Origin: Paracoccaceae bacterium
GTDB lineage: Bacteria > Pseudomonadota > Alphaproteobacteria > Rhodobacterales > Rhodobacteraceae
Assembly (NCBI GenBank): GCA_026984895.1
Contig: JALSRF010000503.1
Location: forward strand, 1 to 27,323
Direction of reading: 5' to 3'
Length of the DNA stretch: 27,323 nucleotides
In this document: one piece after another, positions 1-9,841 of the stretch
Layout: each line of letters starts with the position of its first letter
How positions within the stretch are numbered: position 1 is the stretch's first letter
The notes under the pieces: model-generated
The model's input: only the letters and a program-made list of their open reading frames with translations
Database searches by the model: none
Told to the model about the DNA's origin: nothing
Position numbers and translations under genes: made by a program

Positions 1-99
1 CCGGCACAATCAAGCGGCTCCGCCGTCGCAGCCCGCCCGCGCCTTGCGCCATCGCTTCACGCGCGCGCGTGCCCGCCGCCCGCAGCCCGCAGCCCGCGG

Positions 100-170
100 C
101 CCGCCCGTGCCGTCTACCATCGCCCCTGCCCCCCGCCCGTGCCGTCTACCATCGCCCCCGCCCCGCCCGT
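100..170. repeat. 32-bp-period tandem duplication
   Basis: CCCGCCCGTGCCGTCTACCATCGCCCC is identical at 100-126 and 132-158, with a partial third copy at 162-170. Confidence 0.9.
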
Positions 171-259
171 ACCCGTGCCCGCCCGTGCCCGCCGCCTGCC
201 GCCGGCCGGATTTGCCGGCGGGTTTGCACTGGCGCGGCCACGCCGCTAGGGTCGGCCCC

Positions 260-925
260 ATGCCCGCCCGAAGCTTCAGCCATGTGCGCAACTGGGTCTT
301 TGACCTGGACAACACGCTCTACCCGCCCGAGGCTGCGCTTTTTGCGCAGATCGAGCAGCGCATGACGGACTGGGTCATGCGCTGCCTCGGGGTGGAGCGC
401 GCCAAAGCCGACCGCATGCGAAGGACCTACTGGCAGCGCTATGGCACCACGCTGGCCGGGCTGATGCGCGAGCACGGAGTCGATCCGGGGCCCTACCTTG
501 ACGAGGTGCATGACATCGACCTTTCATCGCTGCGGCCCGCGCCCGAGCTTGCCGCGGCCATCGACGCGCTGCCCGGGCGCAAGATCGTCCATACCAACGG
601 GTCTGGCTCCTATGCGGGGCGGGTGCTGGAGGCGCGCGGCCTTTCCGGCGTCTTCGATGCGGTTTACGGCGTCGAACACGCGCGGTTTCACCCGAAACCC
701 GAACGCTCTGCCTTCGAGGCGGTGCTGGCGCGCGATGGCGCCGACTGCCGTCGGGCGGCGATGTTCGAGGACGACCCGCGCAATCTGGAGGCCCCGCACG
801 AGATGGGGATGCGCACGGTTCTGGTGGGCGAAAGGCCGGTCCCGGCGCGGCGCCACATCCATTACCGGACCGACGATCTGTCCGGCTTTCTCCGGGCGCT
901 GGCAGCGGAGGTGCCCCGCGGGTAA
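260..925 (+). CDS. HAD-superfamily pyrimidine 5'-nucleotidase, 221 aa
   Basis: Motif I WVFDLDNTLYP, motif II HTNG, motif III FHPKP, motif IV MFEDDPRNL. Start moved from ORF-track 44 to ATG 260 because the upstream part is low-complexity repeat sequence. Confidence 0.88.
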   Translation: MPARSFSHVRNWVFDLDNTLYPPEAALFAQIEQRMTDWVMRCLGVERAKADRMRRTYWQRYGTTLAGLMREHGVDPGPYLDEVHDIDLSSLRPAPELAAAIDALPGRKIVHTNGSGSYAGRVLEARGLSGVFDAVYGVEHARFHPKPERSAFEAVLARDGADCRRAAMFEDDPRNLEAPHEMGMRTVLVGERPVPARRHIHYRTDDLSGFLRALAAEVPRG

Positions 926-994
926 GTGTCCCCTTGTGCCGGCGCGCGCGCAGCCCTAGCATGACCGCCGAAAAGCACCCGGCACCGGCGGCCC

Positions 995-2194
995 ATGAAA
1001 CGCGAAAAGACCGATATCTTCATTTCGGGCGGCGGTCCTGCCGGCCTTTCGGCGGCGGCGGCGTTCGGCCGGGCCGGATTTTCCGTGATCCTTGCCGATC
1101 CGTCGCCCCCGGTCACCGAGGGCGACGCCGAGGGCAGCGACCTGCGCTCGACCGCCTTTCTGCAACCCGCGCGCCGGCTGTTCGAGGACGCCGGGCTCTG
1201 GGAAGGGCTGGCCCCTTTCGGAGTGGCGCTTCAGGCGCTGCGCATTGTCGATACCGCCGGAGAACCGCCGGCCCTGCGGGGCGAACGCGCGTTTCGCTCG
1301 GACGACATGGGCACGGCCCCGTTCGGCTGGAACTTTCTCAACTGGGTCTTTCGTCGCGAGGTGATGAAACGGCTGGAACAAGAGCCCAATGTCTCGCTGC
1401 GCCTGGGACGCGGGTTTCGCGCGCTTGTGACCCGCACCGACGAAGCGCTGGTCACGCTCGATGACGGCACGCGCCTGTCGGCACGCCTGGTCATTGCCGC
1501 CGACGGGCGCAATTCGCCGGTGCGCGATGCCCTGGGCATCGGCGTTCGCGTCACCCGCCATGGACAGAAATCGCTGGCGTTCACCGCGGCCCACCAGGTG
1601 GCGCATGGCAATGTCAGCACCGAGATCTACCACCACGGCGGGCCGTTCACCATGGTGCCGCTCCCGGATGTGGACGGGCAGCCCGCCTCGGCCGTGGTCT
1701 GGATGAACCCGGGGCGCCGGGCGGCCGAGCTTCTGGCCATGGAGCCGGCGCGTTTCAACGCCGAGATGGAACGCCGTTCGGCCGGGCTGTTCGGGCGGAT
1801 GAAGCTGGTTTCGAGGCGGGCGATGTTTCCCATCGTGTCGCAGCGCGCCAGCCGGCTTGTGGCCGCGCGCTGCGCGATCGTGGCCGAGGCTGCGCATGTG
1901 CTGCCGCCGATCGGCGCGCAGGGGCTGAATACCTCGCTCAACGACATTGCCAGGCTGCTGGAACTTGCGCGCGCCAACCCGGACGGGCTGGGGAGCGCGG
2001 CCATGCTCGCGGCCTTCGAACGCGCGCGCGGCCCCGACATCGCGCGCCGGGCGCGGGCGATCGACCTGTTCAACCGCGTGACCCGTTCGCCCAGCCGCCC
2101 GTTGCAGGACATGCGCCTGATCGGGTTGAAGATGGCCCATGACATCGTGCCATTGCGCCAGGCGCTGATGCGCGCCGGCATGGGCCCGCGATGA
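995..2194 (+). CDS. UbiH/UbiF/UbiL-family FAD-dependent hydroxylase, 399 aa
   Basis: Rossmann ISGGGPAG, DG motif IAADGRNS, second FAD motif AEAAHVLPPIGAQGLN. The exact paralogue cannot be assigned by eye. Confidence 0.88.
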   Translation: MKREKTDIFISGGGPAGLSAAAAFGRAGFSVILADPSPPVTEGDAEGSDLRSTAFLQPARRLFEDAGLWEGLAPFGVALQALRIVDTAGEPPALRGERAFRSDDMGTAPFGWNFLNWVFRREVMKRLEQEPNVSLRLGRGFRALVTRTDEALVTLDDGTRLSARLVIAADGRNSPVRDALGIGVRVTRHGQKSLAFTAAHQVAHGNVSTEIYHHGGPFTMVPLPDVDGQPASAVVWMNPGRRAAELLAMEPARFNAEMERRSAGLFGRMKLVSRRAMFPIVSQRASRLVAARCAIVAEAAHVLPPIGAQGLNTSLNDIARLLELARANPDGLGSAAMLAAFERARGPDIARRARAIDLFNRVTRSPSRPLQDMRLIGLKMAHDIVPLRQALMRAGMGPR

Positions 2195-2207
2195 GCCCGC
2201 AGCCGCC

Positions 2208-2291
2208 GGTGCAGATGCGGGCGCGGATGCGGGTGTGGATGCAGGCGCGGGTGTGGGTGTGGGTGTGGATGCGGATGCAGGCGCAGGTGTA
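2208..2291. repeat. Degenerate hexamer array, 14 x GRYGYR
   Basis: GGTGCA GATGCG GGCGCG GATGCG GGTGTG GATGCA GGCGCG GGTGTG GGTGTG GGTGTG GATGCG GATGCA GGCGCA GGTGTA, in unbroken 6-bp phase. Confidence 0.92.
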
Positions 2292-2370
2292 ACCGAACCA
2301 CCTGCCTCCGGCCTGTCTGTCAGCGCGCCAGCGCCCCGCGGGCCGGGACGCCAGGGCCTGCGTCGGCGGC

Positions 2371-2447
2371 CCCCGTCATCACCCCGGTCATCACCACCGC
2401 CGTCACCCCCGTCATCACCACCGCCGTCACCCCCGTCATCACCCCGG
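2371..2447. repeat. Nested 12/24-bp repeats at the aminotransferase 3' end
   Basis: GTCATCACC at 2375, 2387, 2411 and 2435; a 24-bp unit twice (2387-2434); a 17-bp identity between 2371-2387 and 2431-2447. Confidence 0.9.
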
Positions 2448-3572
2448 CATCACCTTGTCCACCGCCGCCTGCAACCGGGCGACGCAGGCCGGGACATCGG
2501 CAAGCTTGTCCAGGCCGAAAAGGCCCAGCCGGAAGCTGCGGAAGGCGTCCCCCTCATCGCATTGCAGCGGAACGCCTGCGGCGATCTGGACCCCGAGCCG
2601 GGCGAACTTGCTGCCGTTCTGGATTTCCGGGTCGTCGGTATAGCTGACCACCACGCCCGGCGCCTCGAATCCCGGGGCGGCGACCGACCGGGCCCCGCGC
2701 TCGGCCAGCAGCGCGCGCACCCGGCGTCCCAGATCCCACTGCGCCGCCTTGAGCGCATCGAAGCCGCGCGCCCGTGCCTCCAGCATGTTGTCGCGAAAGC
2801 CGCGCAATGCGTCCGTCGGCATGGTGGCGTGGTAGGCGTGGCCGCCGTTGACGTAAGCCTGCATGATCCCCGCCCATTTCGCCAGGTCCAGCGCAAAGCT
2901 GGTGGATCGGGTGCGCTCCAGCTTCTCCAGCGCCCGGCTGCCAAGCATGACAAGCCCCGCCGAGGGCGACGACGACCAGCCCTTTTGCGGGGCAGAGATC
3001 AGCACGTCCACCCCGGTGGCGCGCATATCCACCCAGACCGCCCCCGAGGCAATGCAGTCCAGGACGAACAGCCCGCCCACGCCATGAACCGCCTCGGCCA
3101 CGGCGCGAATGTATTCGTCCGGCAGGATGATGCCCGAGGCGGTTTCCACATGCGGGGCCAGGACGATGCCCGGGCGTTCTTCGGCGATTCGCTCGACCAC
3201 CTGTTCGATGGCGGGCGGCGCAAACGGCGCATCGGTCGCGTTGCCCTGGCGGCGCGCCTTGAGCACAACCTCGTCCGCGGGAATGGCGCCGGCTTCGAAT
3301 ATCTGGCTCCAGCGATAGGAAAACCAGCCGTTGCGAATGACCAGGGCCTTTTCGCCGGTGGCGAACTGGCGCGCGACCGACTCCATGGCATAGGTGCCGC
3401 CGCCGGGCACGACAACGGCGGTGTAGGCGCCATAGACCTCACACAGGGTATCGTGAATGTCGCGCATCACCTTCTGAAAGGCGGCGGACATGTGGTTCAG
3501 CGAACGGTCGGTGAACACCACCGAAAATTCAAGCATGCCGTCGGGGTCGATATCGTCAAGCAGGGCTGGCAT
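2439..3572 (-). CDS. Class V PLP-dependent aminotransferase (serine-pyruvate/alanine-glyoxylate type), 377 aa
   Basis: PGGGTYAMES, HVETASG, LDCIASG and the PLP-lysine motif DVLISAPQKG. Start taken at ATG 3572 (MPALLDDIDP). Confidence 0.88.
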   Translation of the reverse strand: MPALLDDIDPDGMLEFSVVFTDRSLNHMSAAFQKVMRDIHDTLCEVYGAYTAVVVPGGGTYAMESVARQFATGEKALVIRNGWFSYRWSQIFEAGAIPADEVVLKARRQGNATDAPFAPPAIEQVVERIAEERPGIVLAPHVETASGIILPDEYIRAVAEAVHGVGGLFVLDCIASGAVWVDMRATGVDVLISAPQKGWSSSPSAGLVMLGSRALEKLERTRSTSFALDLAKWAGIMQAYVNGGHAYHATMPTDALRGFRDNMLEARARGFDALKAAQWDLGRRVRALLAERGARSVAAPGFEAPGVVVSYTDDPEIQNGSKFARLGVQIAAGVPLQCDEGDAFRSFRLGLFGLDKLADVPACVARLQAAVDKVMPG

Positions 3573-3773
3573 CGAACGGGCTCCTTTTTTTCGCCAAATT
3601 AGCTGCCCCCCGGGGAATGGCAAGCAAAAGCCAGCCCCACCGGCGCCGTTTTCCCGAAACAAAACGGACCGAAATCGGTGGGGGATTTCGGCGCCAGGAG
3701 CCTGTCGCGTCAGGCCACGCCCGCCGGACCCGGGGTGCGTATCCAGGGTGCGTCTCCGGCGCGGCGGCGGGAG

Positions 3774-3825
3774 CCTTGCCCCCGCCTTGCCCCCCTTGCC
3801 CCCCTTTGCCCCCCGTCCGCCCCCC
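3774..3825. repeat. C-tract repeat (G-rich on the minus strand)
   Basis: TTGCCCCC(C)-like units give five C runs of 5-6 nt at 3779, 3790, 3799, 3809 and 3820. Confidence 0.85.
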
Positions 3826-3906
3826 GGGGCGCCGCCTGCCCCGTGTCATGCGCCGCGCCGCATCGGCGGCCGGCTCCAGTGCCGCCCCCCGCATGCGCGA
3901 CCGGCG

Positions 3907-4365
3907 CTAGCCAAGCGGGCCGGCAAGACGCTCTTCGCTGAGCAGCACGTTGGCCTCCACATCCCCGACGCCGGGAAGCGTCATGATCCGCCGGCGCAAG
4001 ACGCGCTCGAAGTCGGCCAGGTCGCGGGCCACCACCCGCAGCCGGTAGTCGTAAAGCCCCAGCACATGTTCGACCATCTGCACCTCGGGGATGGCGCTGG
4101 CGGCGCGTTCGAAATCCTCAAGGCTCACCCGCCCCCTCGTGGCCAGCTTGACCCCCAGGAACACGCTCACCCCAAAGCCCAGGCGCCCGAGGTCCAGATC
4201 GACCCGGCGCCCGGCGATCACACCTGCCTCCTGCAGCCGCCGGATGCGCCGCCACACCACCGGTTGCGAACAGCCGAAGCGGCGGGCCAGCTCCCCGGCG
4301 GTGGCGGTGGCATCGGCCACCAGTGCGCGCAGCAGACGCCGGTCGAGTGCGTCCAGATCGGTCAT
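3907..4365 (-). CDS. Lrp/AsnC-family transcriptional regulator, 152 aa
   Basis: LDALDRRLLRAL HTH start, RRIRRLQEAGVI, C-terminal RAM domain (GLYDYRLRVVARDL). ATGA overlap with the upstream paralogue. Confidence 0.9.
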   Translation of the reverse strand: MTDLDALDRRLLRALVADATATAGELARRFGCSQPVVWRRIRRLQEAGVIAGRRVDLDLGRLGFGVSVFLGVKLATRGRVSLEDFERAASAIPEVQMVEHVLGLYDYRLRVVARDLADFERVLRRRIMTLPGVGDVEANVLLSEERLAGPLG

Positions 4366-4817
4366 ACCGGCAGCGCCCGTGTGGACTTGATCGAGGTGAT
4401 GTGCATCAGCGCCTCGATATCGGCGACATGGGGCAGGGTCAGGATGCGGCTTCGGTAGACCTCCTGATAATGCGCCATGTCGCGCGCCACCAGCGCCAGG
4501 CGCACGTCTACGCGGCCCAGGAATGTCTGCATCTCGATCACCTCGGGCACCTTTCGCGCCGCGGCCTGAAACGCGTCGAAGGCGCGCGGGTCGGTCTTGT
4601 CGAGCGTGAAGCGCAGCGATACCCCCACCGAATAGCCGAGCGCGCGCCAGTCGATCACCGCATGCTGGCCGCGCAAGATCCCGTCCGCTTTCATCCGCGC
4701 GATCCGGCGCGCCGCCGTGGCCGGTGTCATGGCCGCGCGCCGGGCGAGTTCGGCGACCGGCGCCTGCGGCGCGTCGAGCAGATGGCGCAACAGGCGCCGG
4801 CTGGCATCGTCAAGCAT
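4362..4817 (-). CDS. Lrp/AsnC-family transcriptional regulator, 151 aa
   Basis: MLDDASRRLLRHL, RRIARMKADGIL, RAM domain (GRVDVRLALVARDM). It is the 3' end of the long ORF 4362..5894, whose remainder is the antisense shadow of ilvC. Confidence 0.9.
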   Translation of the reverse strand: MLDDASRRLLRHLLDAPQAPVAELARRAAMTPATAARRIARMKADGILRGQHAVIDWRALGYSVGVSLRFTLDKTDPRAFDAFQAAARKVPEVIEMQTFLGRVDVRLALVARDMAHYQEVYRSRILTLPHVADIEALMHITSIKSTRALPV

Positions 4818-5978
<1,161 letters not shown>

Positions 5979-5997
5979 GCCGGGGCTTCACCCACGG

Positions 5998-6030
5998 ACA
6001 GGGCGGCTCGCCGGCCGGGGCGCCCTTGTT
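5998..6030 (+). terminator. Possible hairpin terminator after ilvC
   Basis: AGGGCG (6000-6005) pairs with CGCCCT (6021-6026), followed by TGTT. The U-tract is weak. Confidence 0.3.
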
Positions 6031-6438
6031 GCGGGCGCGGCCGTTGTGGCGGCGCTGGCAAGCGATGGAGCGCGGGCCGGGGAACCGGCGGCTCATCGTC
6101 GTGCCGGCGTCGTGCCCGCGTTGAGCCGGGAGCATCCTTCACGATGGTGCCGACATGGTGTCGATGGCACGCACCGGTCGGGCCAGGGCTCCGGCCCGCC
6201 GAGCGCGGCTGGCGGGCCGGCACGCCGGTGCCGGTCGTGCCGGTCCTGCCGGTCATCCCTCGCGCGGCATCCGTGCGCGAAACCCGCCGCCCCCCCCCGC
6301 GCGCCGGCGCGCGTCCTTGCCGGGCCTGTCATCGGCCAGCGGGCATCGACGCGCTGCCCCTGAACCCGGTTCGCCCTGTTCAAATCCGACAAACTGCGCT
6401 TACATGAAGGCACATGCAGCGCAGCGAAGGGGGATCTC

Positions 6439-7278
6439 ATGGACCAACTGAACATCGGCAACCTGATCTGGCTGTTCTTCATCCTGTCGGCGCTGCAGCC
6501 GCTATTTCAACGCAAGATGCTGGAAGGGCTGCGCCGGCGACAGTTGTCGAAGATGGAAAAACAGCGGGGCTCGCGGGTGATCCTGCTGGTGCACCGCCAG
6601 GAAACCATGAGCTTTCTCGGCTTTCCGGTCATGCGTTACATCGACATAAACGACAGCGAAGCGGTGCTGCGCGCCATCCACACCGCCGGCAACGACACGC
6701 CCATCGACATCATCCTGCACACGCCCGGCGGCATGGTGATTGCGGCCACCCAGATTGCCCGCGCCGTCAAGGCGCACCCCGGCAAGGTCACGGTGTTCGT
6801 TCCCCATTTCGCGATGTCGGGCGGCACCCTGATCGCACTGGCCGCCGACGAGATACGGATGAGCCCGTTCGCCACCCTCGGGCCGGTGGACCCGCAACTG
6901 GGCAACCAGCCGGCGGCCTCGCTGGTGGAAGTGCTGAAAAAGAAGCCGATCAAGGACATCGACGACCAGACGCTGATCAATGCCGACATGGGCGCAAAGG
7001 CCATTTCCCAGGTGCAGAAAACCGCTGCCGAACTGCTGGCCGGCACGGTGCCCGAGGAAAAGGCCCGGGCCATCGCGCAGATGCTGTCCGAAGGGCGCTG
7101 GACCCATGATTACCCGATCTTCTGCGATGAAGCCGCCGAGATCGGGCTGCCGGTGTCCTCGGACATGCCGGCGGAGGTCATCGAAATGATGGCGCTATAT
7201 CCGCAGGCGACGCAGAAGAACCCCAGCGTCGAATACCTGCCCGAACCGATACGCAAGCCGCGCGGCAGGCAGGGGTGA
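6439..7278 (+). CDS. SDH-family Clp-fold serine peptidase (S49/ClpP-like) with N-terminal membrane anchor, 279 aa
   Basis: Hydrophobic N-terminus LIWLFFILSAL, IILHTPGG, AMSGGTLIALAADEI (Ser), LGPVDPQ (Asp), WTHDYP (His). GAAGGGGGA RBS upstream. Confidence 0.85.
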   Translation: MDQLNIGNLIWLFFILSALQPLFQRKMLEGLRRRQLSKMEKQRGSRVILLVHRQETMSFLGFPVMRYIDINDSEAVLRAIHTAGNDTPIDIILHTPGGMVIAATQIARAVKAHPGKVTVFVPHFAMSGGTLIALAADEIRMSPFATLGPVDPQLGNQPAASLVEVLKKKPIKDIDDQTLINADMGAKAISQVQKTAAELLAGTVPEEKARAIAQMLSEGRWTHDYPIFCDEAAEIGLPVSSDMPAEVIEMMALYPQATQKNPSVEYLPEPIRKPRGRQG

Positions 7279-7422
7279 CCACAGCCGCCGGCCGCCCGGC
7301 CGCCCGGCCGGCGCGGGCCCGGGCTGTCCGGGTTATCCGGGCTTCCGGGAAAGGCGCCGCCCCGGTGCCTGTGCCTTTGCGCGCGCCTGACCGGGGCTGA
7401 ACCGGTGGTCGGCGCGCGCGGC

Positions 7423-8766
7423 TCAGCCGACGCTTTCGATCAGCGCCACCAGGCTGTCCACGGTCTCTTCCAGCACCGCGTGATCCTCGCATTCCCCCAT
7501 CACCCGGATCAGCGGCTCGGTCCCGGACTTGCGGATCAGCAGCCGCCCGATTCCCTGCAGCCGCCGCTCGGCATCGGCGATGCCGCCGGCAACCTTTTCA
7601 TGGCCCAGCGGATCGGCCCCTCTGGAAAAACGCACGTTCTTCAGCATCTGCGGCACGGTCTCGAACTGATGCGCCAGTTCCGAGGCACGCTTGCCGGTAC
7701 TCACCATCGCCGCCAGAAACTGCAGCCCCGCCAGAAGGCCATCGCCCGTGGTGGCGAAATCGGTCATCACGATATGGCCCGACTGCTCTCCCCCCAGGTT
7801 GAAGCCGCCTTCGCGCATCCGCTCCACGACATAGCGGTCGCCGACCCCGGTGCGCACCAGAGACAATCCCTGCCCGTCCAGGAACCGTTCCAGCCCGAGG
7901 TTCGACATCACCGTGGCAACCAGCGCTCCGCCCTTCAGCCGGCCGGCCCGCGCCCAGCGACTGGCAAACAGCGCCATGATCTGATCGCCATCGGCCACCA
8001 CGCCCTTTTCGTCCAGGATCATCACCCGGTCGGCATCGCCATCCAGGCAGATGCCCACATCGGCGCCATGCGCAACCACGGTTTCGGCGGCGGCGCGCGT
8101 GTCCGTCGAACCGCAGCGTTCGTTGATGTTGAAGCCGTCAGGCGAAACCCCGACCGGGATCACCTCGGCGCCCAGTTCCCAGAGCACTTCCGGCGCGGTG
8201 CGGTAGGCGGCGCCATTGGCACAGTCGATCACCACCTTGAGGCCGGCCAGGCGCTGCCCGGGCGGCAGGCTCGACTTGACCCGCTCGATGTAGCGCGCGC
8301 GCCCGTCGTCGATGCGCCGGGCCCGGCCGATGTTTTCGGCGCGCACGGGCTCTACCCCTTCGGCGACGAAGCGCTCGATCTGCGCCTCGGCCGCGTCCGA
8401 CAGCTTGAAGCCGTCGGGGCCGAAGAACTTGATTCCGTTGTCGTGATGCGGATTGTGACTGGCCGAGATCATCACCCCGGCATCGGCGCGCATCGAGGTG
8501 GTCAGCATCCCCACCGCCGGCGTCGGCACCGGCCCCAGCAAGAGCACGTTCATGCCGGTCGAGGCAAACCCCGCGGTCAGGGCGTTTTCGAACATGTAAC
8601 CGGACAGGCGCGTATCCTTGCCAATGACCACCCGGTGGTTGCGCGCCTGATCCTGGCGGAAGAACCGCCCCGCCGCCGCCCCCAGTTGCAGGGCCATGTC
8701 GGCGGTCATCGGCGCCATGTTCGCCTTGCCGCGCACGCCATCTGTGCCGAACAGTTTTTTTGTCAT
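7423..8766 (-). CDS. glmM: Phosphoglucosamine mutase, 447 aa
   Basis: [18 protein letters not shown], phospho-Ser motif ISASHNP, DGDADR, GGEQSGH, RKSGTEP. Confidence 0.99.
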   Translation of the reverse strand: MTKKLFGTDGVRGKANMAPMTADMALQLGAAAGRFFRQDQARNHRVVIGKDTRLSGYMFENALTAGFASTGMNVLLLGPVPTPAVGMLTTSMRADAGVMISASHNPHHDNGIKFFGPDGFKLSDAAEAQIERFVAEGVEPVRAENIGRARRIDDGRARYIERVKSSLPPGQRLAGLKVVIDCANGAAYRTAPEVLWELGAEVIPVGVSPDGFNINERCGSTDTRAAAETVVAHGADVGICLDGDADRVMILDEKGVVADGDQIMALFASRWARAGRLKGGALVATVMSNLGLERFLDGQGLSLVRTGVGDRYVVERMREGGFNLGGEQSGHIVMTDFATTGDGLLAGLQFLAAMVSTGKRASELAHQFETVPQMLKNVRFSRGADPLGHEKVAGGIADAERRLQGIGRLLIRKSGTEPLIRVMGECEDHAVLEETVDSLVALIESVG

Positions 8767-8792
8767 GAAATCAGCCTTTTGAAACTTGAAAT

Positions 8793-9803
8793 TCAGGTTA
8801 CGCACAGCCCCGATGCCGCGTGCCACAGCGCCACCGCCTGCCGGGTTTCGCGCACATCGTGAACACGCACAATCTGCACCCCTTTGCCAAGGGCTGCAAG
8901 CGCCACGCCCAGCGAACCGGCGACCCGGCGCTCGGCCACCTCTTCGCCCGACAGCGTGCCGATGAAACGCTTGCGCGACGCACCCAGCAGCACCGCGCAG
9001 CCAAGCGCGTGGAACAGGTCGAGCCGGCGCAGCAGGGCAAGGTTGTGCTCAAGCGTCTTGCCAAAGCCGATTCCCGGATCGACGATGATCCTTTCGCGGG
9101 CAATGCCCGCCCTTTCGGCCAGATCAAGGCGCGCGCGCAGATGATCGAAAACGTCCAGCAGCACATCGTCGTAAACCGGGTTGTCCTGCATCGTCCGCGG
9201 ATCTGAACGGCTGTGCATGAGGCAAACAGGAACATCGTTTTTTGCCACGACATCAATCATTTGCGGGTCGTAGTTGAAGGCGGAAACATCGTTGACCATG
9301 GTTGCGCCCGCCGCAAGCGCCGCCGCCGCCACCGGCGCCTTGCGTGTGTCGATGGACAGCGGCACCCCGGCATCGCAGGCCGCACGCACCACCGGCGCGC
9401 TGCGGGCGATCTCCTCGGCAACGGGAACCGTCTGCGCGCCGGGGCGCGTGCTTTCGCCGCCGATGTCGATGATGTCCGCGCCCTGTGCGACCATCTCGCG
9501 CACCCGCGCGCCGGCCTTTTCGGGCGCGTTGAAAACCCCACCGTCGGAAAAACTGTCAGGGGTCGCATTCACGATGCCCATGATGCGCGGCGCGCTCAGC
9601 GTCAGACCGGCAAGCGCGGCGCGCGGGGCGCAGATGCGTGCGCGCACCTCGTCGGGCAGCGCACTGGCCGGAACGATCCGCGGCGCGCGACCGCGTTCGA
9701 GAACCTCGACCTCGCTGAACCAGCACCAGCCCTGTGCGATGCGCTCCGCCTGCGCAGGGCGGGCCGGGCCGAATTGCGAAACGGGGCGAAAATAGAGGCT
9801 CAT
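8793..9803 (-). CDS. folP: Dihydropteroate synthase with N-terminal extension, 336 aa
   Basis: [56 protein letters not shown]. Start at ATG 9803. Confidence 0.97.
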   Translation of the reverse strand: MSLYFRPVSQFGPARPAQAERIAQGWCWFSEVEVLERGRAPRIVPASALPDEVRARICAPRAALAGLTLSAPRIMGIVNATPDSFSDGGVFNAPEKAGARVREMVAQGADIIDIGGESTRPGAQTVPVAEEIARSAPVVRAACDAGVPLSIDTRKAPVAAAALAAGATMVNDVSAFNYDPQMIDVVAKNDVPVCLMHSRSDPRTMQDNPVYDDVLLDVFDHLRARLDLAERAGIARERIIVDPGIGFGKTLEHNLALLRRLDLFHALGCAVLLGASRKRFIGTLSGEEVAERRVAGSLGVALAALGKGVQIVRVHDVRETRQAVALWHAASGLCVT

Positions 9804-9841
9804 GCCCCGGCTATCGGACAAAGCCTGCGCCTTGGCAAGGC

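Noticed and set aside
1-52. Possible start of a divergent minus-strand gene (ATG at 52, MAQGAGGLRRRSRLIVP)
   Set aside because: Only 17 codons are visible with no recognisable motif, so it cannot be supported from this window.
44-259. 72-aa N-terminal extension of the HAD protein in the ORF track
   Set aside because: Pro/Arg-rich translation of the repeat tract; the family motif starts right after ATG 260.
1870-1930. AEAAH instead of GDAAH in the flavin hydroxylase as a sign of inactivation
   Set aside because: Conservative change in an otherwise intact motif; I recall this variant in alphaproteobacterial Ubi hydroxylases, so it is not evidence of novelty.
2371-2447. Repeat clusters here and at 100-170 and 20273-20308 considered as mini-CRISPR arrays
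   Set aside because: Units are directly tandem with no unique spacers, and there are no cas genes.
2235-3602. 455-aa plus-strand ORF and similar long ORFs (4818-5894 minus, 7405-8862, 9213-10535, 11384-14296, 14432-16720, 21549-23072)
   Set aside because: Antisense shadows of well-supported genes, expected in high-GC DNA with biased codon usage; no protein motifs.
5979-6438. IS remnant or integration scar flanking the SDH peptidase
   Set aside because: No terminal inverted repeats, target-site duplication or transposase fragment could be identified on either side.
8770-9310. Slightly AT-richer patch in the 3' half of folP as a recombined segment
   Set aside because: Impression only; it needs a sliding-window GC/codon analysis, and no boundaries are visible.
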